From contig JAQGDQ010000545.1 in the NCBI GenBank assembly GCA_030141605.1, positions 62,001 through 126,000 of the forward strand: DNA of 64,000 nucleotides. The letters are read 5' to 3'. Position 1 is the first letter of the stretch. Each line of letters opens with the position of its first letter. This document shows, one piece after another, positions 60,643 to 64,000 of this stretch. The translations under genes and the position numbers were made by a program. Source of the DNA: Tubiluchus corallicola (lineage: Eukaryota > Animalia > Priapulida). The notes beneath the pieces were generated by a model, which made no database searches, was not told the origin of the DNA, and saw nothing but the letters and a program-made list of their open reading frames with translations.

Positions 60643-60700
60643 ACCCTGGTTCCCAACCTTTTGGACTGCACGCACCCCTAATTTGTTACACTCCTGGTAC
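60643..60700. mobile_element. Possible hAT/Charlie terminus
   Basis: cctggttcccaaccttttgg resembles the CAGTGGTTCCCAACCTTTT terminus; no partner TIR was seen. Confidence 0.35.
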
Positions 60701-62262
60701 CACATCGCCCGCCACAAGCAAAATGAAGAACCAATACTATAATTTAGCTAACACAAGGTGTTCGATTTTCACAATTTACATTAATAGAGACTTCATATGC
60801 GAGACAAGCTTAACTTAAACAGCAAATAGACGGACTCGTTCACCAAATCACATAAAGGTTATGCGCACGCGCCCTGCATGTGGACTTCGCATTGTTGCCT
60901 CTTTCACATCAGAAAAAAAGCGTTCACACCGGTTTCGTTTGAAGTTTAGAATTTGTAAGAGATCTTGTTTTAAAATGTTAGTGTTGATCACAACTCTGTG
61001 CTAATATAAAGACGATGATAAAATCTGTAGTGACAAAAAGTATGTAATTGAATTTTCGTGTATATTGGAAGCCATGAAAGTGGGTATCTAACAAAGCACA
61101 GTATAGACAGACATTATGGTAAAGTTATGCCCGGCAAAGTTTGTTTATTTTAATCATCTGTTTATAAACGTGCCAGAATTTGTTAACACTTTCATGTTTA
61201 TTCTTTTCATACTTGTAAAATCTATGATATAAATACGAAATAGGAGAAAATTTCACTCATAATTTTTTGGTCTGATACATGTATGTAACTTATTGACTTT
61301 GTTCCCAGTGCTTGTTTCGAAGTCACATTCAGTTGCACAGAAACTTTACTGAAGACTGGGCCTGAGGCCCTGAACTCGTGTTTCTTCATTTAAAACATGA
61401 ATTTCAAAAAGGAGAGTTTAAATTCTTAATATAAAGGCAGTGAAAATCTCATTAGCTTGTATACTGATTATTATTTAAGCAGTTTATTTGGTATAAAATT
61501 GAAAGCATACAGTGATAGTAATTTAAACTTTTGTACAAATACAGTATCAATAAATTGCACAGTTGTTTATTAAAAACCCGTTTTGAATTTTTGGCAGGCA
61601 TAAATAAAGGTGGACGCAAATTTTAACAATTAAAACAAGAGAAGAACAAAGTTCATCAGAAACGATGCAAACAATAATTGGTGCTACTCACTATACGGGT
61701 CAAATAAAAATCACCTAAAAAGTATATATATATATATGTATAATAATAAACACTTTATTTCACAAATATAAACACAAGTACAGTTAACAAATCAGAAAAT
61801 TATGTTAACCACACATACAGGAACACGTCCCAACAAATAAGGGGCTCTTTATAAGCGCAGTTAATATAAAAAAAATACAATAATTAACAAACACATCTAC
61901 ATGTATATCACAGTGTTGGTTGAGTACATTATTTCTTAGCAAAATTATTTCGTACGTCTTAATTTAAAATCACGTATAATTATAGTTTTATTTCTTAACT
62001 TCCACATCTCCACTTCTGTTTAAAAATATAAACTTATCAATATCGCACATGGACGGGAATTCTGAAAAATATCTGATATTTGATTTAAGAATGCAGTCCT
62101 TTCTTGACAATAAACATTTTCTCATATTAACAGGAGTTTTAGGTCTGGTATATCAATCTATGCGCGCTAACACAGAATTTTGTGTAAGTTTCCTTATGTG
62201 CTGCAGGAACTCCAGTAATCAAAAGCTCTATCTGTCTGTCTGTCTGTCTGTCTGTCTTTCTC

Positions 62263-62368
<106 letters not shown>

Positions 62369-62993
62369 TTAGCGCATGGGCCCCTTTTGTTTCTACAAAC
62401 AGGATAAATATTCATATGAATCAATGAAGTCTGTAGTAAAATTAAAAACTTGCTTCACTGAAAATGCGTTTGAACTATGTGAAGTCGTGATAAAACAACC
62501 CCCTCATCAGAAACGTGTTTTTCGTCCTGCATGTCGTAAGTATGAGCCTAGATTTACACAAAATGATTGCCCGTTTGTGATGGGAGCGGGCTTTCAAGGG
62601 ACACACTCAAAATAGGTACCCCAAAAGGTCTATAACCGTCTCATTGACTTTGAGTGAACAGGCATCGAGCAGTAAAATTGATTTTAGGCGTGTATTGGGT
62701 GATTGGTAATAATGTCACAGGAAAAAGTCACAATTTTAGCTAGGAAAAAATCGTAGGAAAAAAGTCAAGATAAAGTCACAGAATCTTAAAAAATAGTTAA
62801 ATACATAATCTAAGCAAAAGAACGCAAAATGGAGGACAACAAAACTTTTGTAAGGAGTATAATAAACTGTTATCTTGTAATAAAATGACCTCGATGTGTG
62901 GTAATTGCAACTACAATAACACAGCCATTACCAACATATCAGTGTAATAAAAAGAAATGTTTTTTAATGGAAAATAAGCGACGGTCTTTTTGA

Positions 62994-63554
62994 AGGCAAG
63001 GTCAAACCTTCTGGAAAGTTAGGCTTATTTCAATTTTCACGAAAAATGTTAGAAGAATTTAGTAATAAAACTACACTAAACGCCCCGTGTAATTAGTACA
63101 GTGACTTTAAAGTCGCGATCACTTCATGCTTGGATGCTCTCATTTTCAATGTCCGTTCTTCCACCAAAGACGTCATTCGTCTTGCAGAAAAATAGTGCAC
63201 TGTCAATCTTCATCAAAACTATAACAAGTTTTTACAAAAAAATAGATTTTTTTTACAAAAACTAATTTTGTAATCTTTTTACTTGAACGTTACGTATCCT
63301 GCAGAAGCTAGAATTAGTTTCAGCAGCGAACGCTCATGGAAAGCCACGACGCGCTTACGAAAAGTCACGAAGTCTCCCAGTTACGTCACAATTTTCAAAC
63401 GAACGACAGCAACCACCATGCTCGAAAATTTCTATTCAGAGGTAGTATATTTTAAATTTATGGGCAGTTTTTTGCAAATTTATTCGTTATATTTTTCTAA
63501 GTTAACTGATAACAGTAAAATATACAGAACGTACTGAGTGAATTGTTCTTTCCT
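62994..63554. mobile_element. Family B element
   Basis: aggcaaggtcaaacc...ttgttctttcct, colinear with 32894..33400; flanks are degenerate (TTGA/TTAC). Confidence 0.7.
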
Positions 63555-64000
63555 TTACAGATTTTCACTTTTAGCTGCAACTACGTCGAATCATTTCCCT
63601 CGTATTTTACATTTGAATTTCCACTCACGCTTTTTGCTCGTCTCAAGAATGACCACAAAGTTATTATTTCTCATAATTTATATATGCCGTAATGGCAAAT
63701 GCATGTCTAGCTGTTTTGCTCAAACACTGGCTGAGAGAACCGCGATTGTTTTCATGTTTTCCTGCATAATAACGTATTTCACATGCAAACTGTGACATAA
63801 GAATAGGATTTTGATCGAAGAAGCGGTTTATTTGTTTAACGTGGCTGGTAAAGTTAGACTTACATAAAACGCATTACGCATTTGAGGGAAATGTCAAATA
63901 GTCAGAACTGAATATTCCGCGAGAGGGATTACGTCTCATGCTCTAGCTAGGAGTTCATTCCGTTACTTTACAACAATAAGCCTTTTCACAGTTGTTGTAG

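Noticed and set aside
61345-61390. Possible third hammerhead (CTGAAGA-ct-GGGCC-tga-GGCCC-tGAAc)
   Set aside because: The GAAA core is broken and no stem I or III partner is found; at best a dead relic.

Overview
This is AT-rich, intron-rich eukaryotic DNA, almost certainly from an invertebrate animal; the species cannot be determined from the sequence. Most long ORFs in the supplied track are microsatellite artefacts. The main content is one complete + strand gene assembled by hand from nine GT-AG exons with consistent phases (12588..59506, 1581 nt CDS, 526 aa). It encodes a Cys-loop pentameric ligand-gated ion channel subunit of the GABA-A alpha/gamma/GRD-like type. The subunit has an atypical selectivity filter (AGR instead of PAR), Leu at M2 6', a remodelled M2-M3 loop, an extended Tyr-less loop C and an intracellular (His-Arg)n tract. 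Introns and flanks contain decayed non-LTR retrotransposons (RTE, RTE-X-like, CR1/L2), a Penelope GIY-YIG remnant, two TTAA-flanked non-autonomous DNA transposon families, Tc1/pogo- and Harbinger-type MITEs, tRNA- and 5S-like SINE fragments, and many mini- and microsatellites. The most striking non-coding structure is a ~480 bp palindrome in intron 1 carrying two outward-facing minimal type-I hammerhead ribozymes of the Penelope/retrozyme kind.
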